NCBI RefSeq assembly: GCF_009834535.1
Contig: NC_045696.1
Coordinates: 69,504,001 to 69,568,000, forward strand
Direction of reading: 5' to 3'
Source of the DNA: Camelus ferus
Taxonomy: Eukaryota
DNA: 64,000 bases
Under the pieces are notes generated by a model. The model worked only from the letters and a program-made list of their open reading frames with translations. It was not told the origin of the DNA and did not search any database. Below are positions 52,766-64,000 of this stretch, in pieces. A program made the translations under genes and the position numbers. Positions within the stretch are counted from its first letter, which is position 1. The number at the start of each line of letters is the position of its first letter.

Positions 52766-55029
52766 CCCCTAGCATTGACCCACTAGAGGTCCCTTGAAGA
52801 CAGGGACTGCATCCCATTGCCACTCCATGCCCAGGTTTCTAGCACAGAGTAAGTGGGTTTGCATCATTCTTGGTGGATGAATGAATGCCTTGGTCTTCTA
52901 TCTCTTGCTGTTTCCTTCATATACATTATGCCCCATGTGCCCTATTCTTGTTCCCAGCTGTTCAGATATAGATTTCCCTTATCAGTGATCAGAGGACCAC
53001 TTCTTGAAGACATGGATTAACCTTCCATATGTCTCCCTAATCTGGACATTCAGTCCACTCTATTCAGTCAGTATATTCATCCTAGAAAGTTCTGGGAACT
53101 CATCTGGAAGTGAACACCTTAGTTTTCATTTGGGGATTGGTCTACACATTCTTTCAATTAAAAAAAATAGTTCTATTGGGCTTCTGAAATGGATAAGACA
53201 TGTCAGAACCATGGAGAACACAGAGCCATGTAACGTATGGTCCCTACCCTCTGGGAGCTTAAAATCTCCTCGGGGGCAGGTGAATATGAATGATATGAGG
53301 CAGAACATATATTCCATACACGACAGAAAAACAAAGCAAGGAAAATTCAGAGAAGGGGAAGATCAGTTTCCATCTAGAGCACTGGGAAAAGCCTCAGTGA
53401 GGAGTCGGCTTTCACATTGGCAAGATAGGATCTTAACAGACAGAAGAGCGCTTACTGGCAGTTTAGGTGGCGAGCACAGCGGAAACGGAAGCGAGCAGGC
53501 CCAACCCCATGGCCCTGCACAGACCAGTTCAGGCTACCATCAGTGCATGGCCTTTGCTAGGGCCCAGCTAACCCTCTTCCTCATGTACTCTCCTCTCTCT
53601 AAACCACAGAGGACCATGGACCAGTGCCCAGGCTTCCCCACAGTCTAGCCTGCATTCCAATCTGCCAGGCCAGTTCACAGAGAAAATACCCTCCCCACCT
53701 ACCGGAGCAGAGATGCTCCCACTGCAAATGGGCACTACCTCCCGCTCCTTACTCGGGCCCCTGTGGCTGTTTGGTGAACCAGGGCTTTTCCTTCACCTGA
53801 TACCTATCAGCATCCTGTTCCCTCAAACAAGGGGGTCGGGGACAGGGGGAATCTTGGTCAGGTCTTTATGCCGGCCACCCTCATGCCCTTACATATGTAT
53901 CTGAGGCTCGGACATGGAGCCCACGCATCAAGGGAGGCCACGCTCGCCTCCTGCCCATCCCCCTCACAGCCATCAGAACTCCTATTGAAGTGTGTCTGCT
54001 CGTCACCCACTTCTTCCTCGCCCTCTCTCTTCCTCCCCACCATAACTGAAATATGGTTTTCCCTCAAAATTGCCCAGGACTTCCTTACTTCCCTCCCCAA
54101 AAGACACTCACATACACACCGTTTCTCACTCCATAGGGAAGGAAAGAAAAGGAAGGCAAGGACTCCGTATCATCCCCAGACCTGTGTCCCACCACCATTT
54201 TCAGCTCCTCCTCTTCCATTCTGTCTATTTCCCATCTTAGGCATTCCCTCCTTCCTCTTCCCGTATGTGTTCTTCCAGCAAGTATGCAATGAGTATCTTC
54301 TCTAGCTGAAATATCCATGAAAAACCTTTTCCTCAACCATATTCTTCTTTTGGATCCCATCTTCTTTCTCCAGCCCCATTTGCCACAAAGCCACTGGCTA
54401 TTCTAACTGTGTTCTCTCACTACCACCCCTACTCACCCTTTAGTCCCAAGGTAAACCCTAGTTCTTGCAAGAGACAGCTGTGTACTCTAGGAGGCTCACT
54501 TACCAACCCTGGGCCTCGTTGTTCTCATTTTAGTAATCAGAAATTACCAAATCTAATGTTCCATTTGGCTTTACCATTCTAAGATTCTGTGGTATGGCTC
54601 TCGTCCAGCTGCCAAAATTCCTCTTTACAAATCACTCATGACCTCTTGGTTGCCAATCTAAAGGTCTAATTCCAGATCTGCTGGCTCTGATTAGCTTTTA
54701 TGACATTGGACCATTCCTTTCACCTCCTTAACCTCCATTTTTCTTATCTATAAAATGAGGTAATTAGACTGAATGACCTTTCAAGACTCTTCAGGTCTTT
54801 GATTCCATGAGAACACAAATGCAGAGATGAGAGATAGAGATCGATCCTTTTTGGAAAATGGAAAGGAAGAGTTCATGGAGAAAATGGCATTTGTAGAGAT
54901 TTGGAAGCAAAGTACAAAGGATGCTAGGGTGTCCTTAAGGGTATCCTACCACTAAGGACTGTAATAATGGGTACAGGCAAGGATCACTACCCATTGACTA
55001 AGAACTCTGTAATGGAAGATTCAGGCTGA

Positions 55030-55915
55030 AAATACCTGAACCCATTAACCAACCTGAACATCACCAAAAAAAGGAGACAAGCAAACTATGTGCCTCCTGA
55101 TGAGATGCAACAGGAAACACACTGATAAAGTACTCTTGCCAAAAAATCACCTCTGAATCTGATCAAGCCTCCAGATCTAAAAGTACCAATTAAATGAAAA
55201 TAGAGGAGATGGGCTGGGAATATGTTTAAAAGACAGCTCAGAGATGCAATCAGCAAAATTCAGAATCTGGAAAATGCTACACAGCCTTCCTTCTCAAAGT
55301 GCAGCTCATCACACACGCAGCACCAGTATCACCAGGGAGCATGTAGAAATGCAGAGTCTTAGGCCACCTCTCCTGAATCAGAATCTGCATTTTAATCATC
55401 CTGAACTGATCTGTATGCACGTTAAAGTTTGAAAAGCACTGCTCTACAGGACAAATGACCCATTTCCTTCAATAAATGTTAAAAGACAAGGGTGAAAAGG
55501 ATAGGGAATTTATAGATCAAAAGAAACCTAAAAGACAAAACAACCAAATTCAATCTGTAGACCTTTCAGACATACCAATTATTTTTTTAAATGAAACTAT
55601 CAAGGAAATTTGAACAATTACTGGATATTTATCACTATTAAAGAATTAGTATTACTTTTTAAAAGTGATAAGAAAATTGGGGTAATTCTTTTTTTCAGAG
55701 TTATCATTTAAAGACACATAAGTATTTATAGATGAAATGACAGACTATCAGAGATTTGCTGATGTTCAATATGATGGTGGGGAAATGAACTGGGTAGAGT
55801 TAAAACAAGATTATCTGTGAGTTGCAAATTGCTGAAGCTGAGATTTGGGAGTACATGGGATTTATTATTCTGTTTTCCTGTATGTTTGGAAATACCCATA
55901 ATAAAAAGATTTCTT
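55030..55915 (+). mobile_element. Old L1M 3' UTR fragment with a MER5A inserted at about 55282-55441
   Basis: L1MC/ME-like text (gtgcctcctgatgagatgcaa...gaatctgatcaagcct...actggatatt...tattaaagaattag) interrupted by cttctcaaagtg...ctgaatcagaatctgcattttaa...gtttgaaaagcactg. Confidence 0.7.
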
Positions 55916-56059
55916 TTTAAGAAAGTCCAAGAGAGAATCATCAAAGATGGGAGACAATCCCAAGATAACATAAAGGCAGGGAACCCAAGAAAGAAAGTTT
56001 CAAGGTGAAAGGGAACAAGTGCCCCAGAGCCATTGAGACCTGGGTTACACTTTATAATC

Positions 56060-57190
56060 CGGCCTGTAAGAGGACGCTCCCGAGAGCAGGCACAGTCCCA
56101 CAGCAGGAGTATGAAACAAAACAATCTGCGTTCTAAACCAGAGAAAATCGACGTAATCTGTGGCACCGTGAATCGAGGTTAGAAGAAGGGAGAATTTCCT
56201 AGTTGCTAAAAACTGAAACAGGTCATCAAATAAATTATGGGATATCCTTCTCTGAGGACCTTCAGAAATAGGATCGGCAGGGCTGAAATGGAGGTGGCCT
56301 CGCTCAGATTCGCCGCTTTTTTTTTTCAGGTCACCGAGGCCTGCAGCACCCGGGCGCGAAAAAATCCGCAGCCCGGGCAGGGAAGCATCAATGCCCTCTC
56401 TCACCTCCTCGGCTCTCTGTCCCTCTCAGGGAGCACGCATAAGTTGGCGGGCCCTAGTTCGGCCCAGAATTTTGCAGATTTGGGGGATCCGAGAGATGGG
56501 CTAGGGGGTTGGGAGGATGGGAATGAACACGAATTCCCAGTGCGTTTTATTTGCACCTGAATGCGCTTTGCGGTCCTGACCCAGGCTCTGGTTACCTATG
56601 CACAGGCCCTCCACTAAGCAAACAAACCACCCCTTAGCTCTGGAAGAAACCAGAACTACGGGTATTGTCGTCGTAAGGCGGGGACCAACGTCGAATGTTG
56701 CCGACAGCTGGGGGCCAGCGCAGTGGGGCCTGGGAGCAGGCAGGCGCAAGCGTCTCCCGGCCTGGGCTCCGGCCTGAAGCGCTTCCAAGCGAGCAGGAAC
56801 AGGGCTGGCCTGGATGCACCCCACCCCGCCCCGTCCCTGCCGCGCCGCCTTGGACCCGGGCGGCCTGCGGTCAGGCACCTCGCCGCCCGCGCCCACTGTA
56901 GGCATGGCTCCGGGCGTGTGCGCGCTTGCTGCCGGGGAGCCAGGGACAAGAGCCCTCTGTTTCGGCCCATACCCAGCTATAAATACCTGGGTTCCGCTGC
57001 AGTGCTGCCGCGACTTGGAGGCGAGCCTGCCAGCCCCGTCCTAGGGTAGGGATGGCTAACGGTGCGCGCAGGGACCGCCGCCCTCCTTGTGCTCTCCCCA
57101 GGAGCCCCTCGGTCAGAGCAGGGGGAGGAGGCCCATGACGTCATGGAATTGTTGGAAGATTTAGCTCAGGAACCCGCCGGGAGCGGCCCT
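56060..57190. promoter_or_regulatory. Intronic CpG island with promoter/enhancer motifs
   Basis: Sharp rise in CpG and GC content relative to the flanks. E2F-type GGCGCGAAA (56353-56361), GC box CCCCGCCCC (56824-56832), TATAAATA (56978-56985) and CRE TGACGTCA (57136-57143). Confidence 0.75.
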
Positions 57191-59051
57191 GGGGCCCCTG
57201 TCCCACTTAAGCCAACAGTGTACTTCTCTGGGCCCCACTTTCCCAAATCTAGCACAGCAGCTTTCCACCTTTCCCGAGCCCTAAGCAGCCCTGGGGGTTC
57301 TGAAATCAGTGTGTGATGTCTGGGCCAAGAACCGCGAGGAATGGGCAGGCAAGTATGGTCGGGCAAGGCTCTCACTAGCATGGGCTGGGCCAAGAGGCCA
57401 TTAAATGCTTCCAGCAAGCGCTCAGGTAGTGGGAGAATGATTTCAGAATTCAGAGAAAGAAATAAGCCTCATAGCACAGGTAATACTATTAACTGTAATA
57501 AAATGCAGACAGTTGTGGAATGCTACTGCCTTCCAGAGACCAGACAAACCCTTGAAGTAGATGTTATTTCCCCGCACCATCCCAACTCCCACTTTACAGG
57601 TGACAAATTAAAGCTCAAAGAGGCTAAGGAACCAGCACAGGATCGCACAGCTGGCAAGTGACCGAGCCAAGATTTAAACCCATATCTCTTGGTCTCCAAG
57701 CCCGGGCATGCTCCTTCCAAGACAGGGCATTGCCTCTCAGTTTTCAAATAGGTGCATTCCAAAGGTGGGGGCACCTACAACCTACAGTCCTCAGGCTTCC
57801 CCCGCGCCCCCCTCCCCCCCCCACATCTTCTACTTGCCCCAGTTTTCCTATGACTCGATGAGATAGTGGGGGAAGGGGACAATCCATCATAAAGCAGAGG
57901 GAAAACTGCACTTCCAGAGACAGGTTAATGGCTTACCAGGTTAATAACTAACACTCCTAGCTTGTTATAACTAGAGATGGAGGGGACAGGGTACACTTAA
58001 AATGGCAGTTGAGAAGAAAAGTGACTTTGTGGAATACTATGTGCCAAGGACCATGCTGTGCTAGTAGGTTTTTTTTAAACAAAACTGGCACAGAGGCAAG
58101 ATATAATAATACTGATACCAACAATGATGTGCCAGGCACTGGTCTAAGTACTCTACAAGACAGAGTCATGGTGGGAGATTTCAGTTATTCAAACAACAGC
58201 TGGAAGTTTAATTTTGCTGTAAGTCTATCATCAGCAAAGTCTCGATTTGCCTTACTGACTCTTTGGTCTCCAGAGTCTGGCATCTGACTGCCTGGGTTTG
58301 CAACCTAGCTCTGCCAGCTTGTGGAATGGAAGTTGCATAGCCTTGAGGCAGCACCCTAACCCATGTGATACCCTGTCACTTGTGGGTAGCAGTGGTGCCT
58401 CCCTCCTTGCGTTCACATGAGCATTCCAAGAGTGAATATAGGAGAAGGACCAGCACAATGTGCAAGGAAGCTCTCATCAAGTAACTACCAATATTATTAT
58501 TATTACCTCTAGGAGGGAGGGGGCGTTTTGACCAACAATGGATAAATTGAGGTCAGGCAGAAGTAACTGCAACCAAGAGGGAAAGTGACTGTGTTGTCTA
58601 GGAGATGATTAGGGTGCAAGAATTCAATGCCAGGCACGGGGTTGAACAAAGCTGATTTCAGAGAGTTTGGAGAAAAGTCTGACCCAGTGAGATTCTAGCC
58701 TAAATCCTTAAATATGAATATGGGTATAAAGGGCAAAGGGATGGAAGATATTTCAAAATAAATTTCTAATAGTTTCTTTCAGGAAGAAAACAGAAAAGAG
58801 CTTTAAAAAAAAAAAAATCACCATGACAGCCACAAAGAACTATAGACTGAGCCCATGTTTTTGGAGGACTGTACGCATATTCACGAAGAGGGTGTGAGCA
58901 TGCAGCCAGGTGTGAATGCACAAGAGCAAGTCAGACCCGTGAGCCTGGCTTTGGGCAAGCTGAAGGGAGAGCAGAATGTTAGATAATGTTGAAGCAAAAA
59001 GGAACATGGGTTTGCATGTCTCTGATAATGAGCACTAAGGAGCATCTTTTC

Positions 59052-59115
59052 GTATACACCAGAAACTAACACAACATTGTAGATCATGTGTACTTCAATT
59101 AAAAAAAAAAAAAAA
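59052..59115 (+). mobile_element. Short sense-oriented L1 3' tail with A15
   Basis: gtatacaccagaaactaacacaacattgt...cttcaatt(A)15 is a reverse-complement match to the L1 tails at 37.9 and 52.0 kb. Confidence 0.8.
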
Positions 59116-59299
59116 CATGGAAACCATAGCTCATTACGACTTTGCCATTCTGAAAGTTTTTAACTTTTCCCGAGACAGAGTAGCCGTAACAAAAAAATGG
59201 AAGAACAGATGATAAAGGTGGGTATCAGAGCCCAAGGTTGACCAATAGAGAACTAACTGGCCTTGGAAAACATACATTTGAATCCAAGTTGCTGGACAA

Positions 59300-60980
59300 A
59301 CCTATAGATGTCTTTTGGGGGCCCCTTTGGTAAGTCTAGAAAACAGAGTGAGTTCTATACAATGAGAGGCAAACAGACAAATGTCCCAGTTTTTAAAAAA
59401 GGAGAAAAGGATACATTCTGGAAACCACAGACAGCTGCACTTCATCCTAATCCCTAGCAAGATTCTGGAATAAATTATTAACCAAGTAGTTGCCCTTTAC
59501 ATGTATTAGTGACTTAATATAAGTTCTCTTATTCCTTTTCTGATAGAAGTGGTAGGGTGGTCATTCAGGAAATGCTGTTTGATCTCAGCACAGTGTCTTA
59601 TGTTTTAATAGAAAAAGCACAGAACTGAGGTCTGCAGGCCTGGATACTAGCCTAGCTCCACCATTAGTAAATTGGGTGACCACAGGCAAGGTCCTTAATT
59701 TCGCTGGGCGTCACTGATGAAACCAGGGCATGTTCTCTTAGTTTCCTCTCATCTCTAAGTTCCATGATCCCACCGTGTAATGAAAAGTGGTCTGGGTGAC
59801 AGTCTGGTACACCCATGCGATGCATGGTTTCTGGTGTGTTAAACCGACCAAGGAGAGGGCTTATTCCCTGCTTTTGCCCTTTATATACATGCATTAATGG
59901 CTTAATCTCCAAATGACAGGAGTTATGGCCAGGGTCATAGAATGAAGATTTAATGTAATCTAGGTGGACTGAAGAGGGCTGGGTCTGAAACCAGATGAAA
60001 TTAAATGACATAAATGTAAAACCCCATGTCTGAGCTATTAAAAAAATACCTACACAAGTTCAGGGTGGAGATGAGCAGGCTGAGAAGTAGATGTTAGGAG
60101 GAGGGCCTGAATGCCCAAGATGACCACTCATTCAGGCTGAAGTGATCCAGCCACCATCTCCTGCTAATAAAGAGTTCGTGCAACACTGATCATATTTAAC
60201 AATAAGATTAATGATCATGGGGGACATGTGTTGAGCCCCTACATGGGCTGCCCACATTATCTCCTTTCCAGGGCATGATAGTGATAACACTATCACAGGA
60301 AGTGCTGGGGCGCTCGCTGCCTGTGCCATCAGGTCCTGTCACTGGTGTTGCTTGCAGTGCTGGGACCTTATGGAGTAGGAGAGTAACAAACCGTGGTGTG
60401 TGCAGAACAGGGCACCCAGGATGGAGGTCTGAAAACCACATCCCACAGGAGAGGCTGAGAGAATTGGCAGCCTTCAACCCAGAGGAGGCACACCCAAGGA
60501 TGGTGTGAGAGGGAGGAGAGAGGAAGCAGTGGGTGAGCCTGAGGCTCTGCCTGCCTGCCGTCAATCTGTATACTTACATTTGTAGGATGTGTGACTTTGG
60601 GCAAGTTACTTAACCGCCACTGTGTCTCAGTTTCCCCAAATGTAAAGCGAGGGTAATCCTGGTAACTAACTTGTAAGATTTGTTATAAAGGTGCTAAATG
60701 AGATGTGTATACAAGCCTGCCTGGCAAATGGCAATGTCTAATGCACATGCATGATGATGATGATGACGATTAATGTACATCATCATGTGTCTGGTGGGCG
60801 GTCCCATGGAGGAAGCAGAAGGCTCATTCTGTCCGACTTCAGAAGGAAGAATAGGACCAATGGGCAGAAGCAGGAAGAGAATCTAGTTCAACAAAAAAGG
60901 ACCTTTCAAATAATCGGAACTTCCCAATAAAGAAAGGTATTCCCAAGTAACCAGAGAAGCTCACTCTATTCCATTTTGTA
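59300..60980 (+). mobile_element. L3/CR1 LINE remnants with interspersed MIRs
   Basis: CR1 ORF2-like text (gaggcaaacagacaaatgtcccagtttttaaaaaagg, accagatgaaattaaat...aaatgtaaa) with a MIR at about 60580-60740. Confidence 0.55.
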
Positions 60981-62050
60981 GCTGGGGAAACAAGTTGTGG
61001 GGATTCTAAGATACCATAAATTAAGAGCTTCAGAGAAATCAGGAGGTATGCCATTATGAATAGCAACAAGCCTTTCCTTTCCTATTCCTCCTCTGTTGAG
61101 AAATCTCTGGAAGTTTGGATTCCTAGGTAACCTCAAAGACAGTGGATTTTTGCTGCATACTTTTGACTTTTTTTTCCTGCCTCACAATTATCAAGATAAA
61201 GAGCTTGGGCTTTGTAATCAAATACCCCAACTTTGAATCCCTGCTCAGTTATTTATCATCTGTGCAATCTTGGATAGTTTAGCTTACCTCTCTGGATACA
61301 GTGTTTTCTTCTGTAAATGAAGTAACATTACCTCCAGTCCTGAGGAACAAGGATCAGAGCTAATACATTTCTTGCTGCATTGGTAAGCATTATGCCAAAG
61401 TGAGTTGACTTTATAGATATGTGAGACAGGCAAATTCAAGCCTTCTGGCCTTTTGTACCTGGCGGGGATGCGGGTGGTGAAGATTGGATAAAGAAACTGC
61501 TACATCAGCAAGCACGTATGCCAAAATTGCACTTACGATACAGATACAGAAGACAGGAAAATTCTGAAAGCCTTCCAAATCTTAAAGTCTTGTACTTCTC
61601 ACAAGAGGGATAAAATAAGAGGGGGTAAAGTGAAACTTTTCTGTCATTTGCTATGTGTTAGGTTCTCGACTCAGCATCCCACCAAATCTTTACAGTGGTT
61701 AGGGAGGGGCAGGATTAATGATAATGAGGTTGGAGAACAATCTTACAGTTGTCTTCTGAACCATCCCTAAAGCCCATCTAGGATCTCAGAAGATTCCTGG
61801 AGCCTGGTGCTGTCTTACCCAAAGCTGACCAAGACTAGCCCTCCCTCATCTCACTACAGTGGCCAAAGCATTAGGCCTGAGCAGCTTTGCCCAAGATTCA
61901 GCTTCTGACAGAGACCGGCTGGTGGCTGAGGGCCGGTCACATTCTTCATGAGAGCCCCCACCACACACACACTCGCCCACACACACACAGCACCTTGGGT
62001 TGGGATATGCTGAGGACACTAACCGATGGCCTTTTCTCTCTGTCCCCCAG

Positions 62051-62228
62051 TGTGATGGGGTTGGAGTGGACCTGAGCAGCATCTTCCTTGAAGGCATTGC
62101 TATCCTCAACATTCCCAGCATGTACGGGGGCACCAATCTCTGGGGAGAAACCAAGAAGAACCGTGCTATGATCCGGGAAAGCAGGAAGGTCGTCACTGAC
62201 CCCAAGGAACTGAAACTCTGTGTCCAAG
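62051..62228 (+). CDS. DGKG: DGKG internal coding exon ([59 protein letters not shown])
   Basis: Acceptor ttttctctctgtcccccAG (62049-62050), donor GTaagc (62229). 178 bp, phase 0-1, conserved LEGIAxLNIPSxxGGxNLWG accessory-domain motif. Confidence 0.96.
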
Positions 62229-62489
62229 GTAAGCCAGGCATGAGGAAAATTGCTTAGGTCAGTGCCCCAGTGGGAGGGATGTTCAGATGGGTCTGTTAGC
62301 AAACTGTATTAGGTTCTACAGCCTTACAAGAACCTGGTGCTCTGGAGATACACTGACTCATCATCCCTGATGCTGCAAAGTTTATAACCTAATTGAGAAG
62401 AGAAAATTTACAATAAGGGAGCCCTAAATGATAATCAGTGATCAAAGTGGGACTCCATGAGGTTAGGAGTGACATGCTGCTTATGTCAA

Positions 62490-63420
62490 GGTTACAAGTG
62501 TCCTTCAATGACTAAATACAATAGTCAATTCTCAACCTTGACCTTGCTCCATCTGTCAGCAGCATTTGACCCAACTGATCACTCCCTCTTCCTGGAAACG
62601 CTGTTCACGTGGCTTCTAGGACTCCACACATTTTCGGTTTCCCTCCTACCTCACTGGTTACCCCTTCTTAGTCTCTTTTGCTGACTCCCCATCTTCTCTC
62701 TAACCTCCTGATGCTGAAAGGTCCCCAGGCAGGATCCTCAACCCTCTTCTCTTTTCTGCCTGTACTCACTCCCTTGATGACCTCATCGTGTAGTGAGGCT
62801 TTATTTAAACACCACGTGAGTGCCGGTGACTCAGCATGTCCAAAACTGAGCTCCTGATGTCCCTCCCCAGAACCTTCTCCACCCACAGCCTTCTCCATCT
62901 CAGCTGAGGATAACTCCAACCTGCCCGTTGCTTAAGCCAAAACACTTGGCACCATCCTTGATCCCCTTTTATCTCACATCTCATATCCAATCCATCAGAA
63001 AATCTGTTCACTCTGCTTTAAAAAAACATCTAAGATCCTGCTTCTCTCCACTGTGTTCCTATCACTTTGGTCTGAGCAACATCTCGCATCCTCTGTCCCC
63101 TGGGTTACTGCAGATCCTCCTAACTGGATTCTCTGCTTCTACCCCCACCACCCTTTACAGGTATTCTCCCTCCTGTATCAGAATGCCCCTGGGAAAATAG
63201 GTCTGCTTATGCCACTCTCCTGCTCAAAATCCTGCAGTGGCTCAGATTAAAAGCTAAAGATCTTCACATGGCCTAGAGAGCCCCAGATGGTTTGGCCTCT
63301 AATTACCTGCAGATTTCATCTTCTTTTACTCTCCACCTCACTGCCTCTGCCTCCACCACCCTGGCTCCTCTTAACACAGCAGGCTGCTTCTGTGAACCCA
63401 CTATTCTTTCTGCCTGAAAC
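62490..63420 (+). mobile_element. L2 (L2a-like) fragment
   Basis: tcagcagcatttgacccaactgatcactccctcttcctggaaac...catgtccaaaactgagctcctgat...catatccaatccatcag...cctgctcaaaatcctgcagtggct. Confidence 0.8.
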
Positions 63421-63829
63421 AACAAGGTAGGCTGTCTTAGAGGCCATCAGCTGGGCCTTCCCCTTCTCACCCACCAGGGTACAGAACAGAGCTTCCTCAG
63501 CTTTCCCAAAACTACTTTCAGCTCTACCCCTTACCAGCTCTTTCCACCAATGAACCAAATGGGACTCACTCAAAGCCCCTGGCAGTTCTGATTTCTCTGT
63601 GGATTAGATGAATGGGCCCTTCTGACCCCCAGGGATACTCCGTGGACTGGTGAGCTGGGGGAGAGAAGCCATATGTGAGGGCTTTGGCCAAGACCCCACA
63701 CATCAGGAGGGAGGAGAATGGATTTGAATCCAAGTGCTGGCACAAATGTGCTTTTTGGCACTTCAGTTTTCTTTGCTATAAAACCAGCGTCTGGTGTAAA
63801 AGTTTTGGTAACTGAATGGATGGCATTGA

Positions 63830-63991
63830 ACCAGATCATTGGTTTTTAAACCAGGCCTGCCTATTGAAAATGAAGAGGCCTGGGCCCTAGCCCAGATCTC
63901 CCTAATCAATCTCTAGGTTGGTTCCTGGGAATCTAAATTTGTAATGAGCTCCCCAGACAATCTGACAGGCTGCCAAGTTTGAGAACCACTG
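63830..63991. mobile_element. MER5-type element
   Basis: gctccccagacaatctgac...aagtttgagaaccactg terminus. Confidence 0.6.
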
Positions 63992-64000
63992 ACGTAGACA

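Noticed and set aside
53004..53648. 214 aa ORF
   Set aside because: Non-ATG start, no recognisable domain, partly overlaps L2-like sequence and shows no exon-like boundaries.
56501..57316. Many overlapping Arg/Pro/Ala-rich ORFs on both strands
   Set aside because: Expected from the scarcity of stop codons in a GC-rich CpG island; no recognisable homology.

Overview
Mammalian genomic DNA, very probably camelid (alpaca, vicuna or camel), judged from two tRNA-Ala-derived Vic-1-type SINEs. The whole window lies inside one + strand gene, diacylglycerol kinase gamma (DGKG). Five internal coding exons (1513-1602, 3642-3802, 10463-10527, 41952-42042, 62051-62228) have GT-AG boundaries and compatible phases. 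They splice to 585 nt encoding the end of the DAGK catalytic domain and much of the accessory domain. The introns (about 2.0, 6.7, 31.4 and 20.0 kb) are rich in retro- and DNA-transposon remnants: one young 5'-truncated 2.9 kb LINE-1 with a near-intact ORF2 and a clear target-site duplication (TSD), several short L1 3' ends, SINEs, MLT1 LTRs, MER5/MER45/MER63/MER102/MER3, L2, L3/CR1 and MIR. The most interesting non-repeat signals are an intronic CpG island at about 56.1-57.2 kb with TATA, palindromic CRE, E2F and GC-box motifs, and a CpG-rich patch at about 10.5-11.1 kb with a consensus CTCF site. I found no convincing previously undescribed biological system, and nearly all ORFs in the track are chance intronic ORFs. 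Repeat family names were assigned by eye from remembered consensus sequences, so boundaries of old repeats are approximate.
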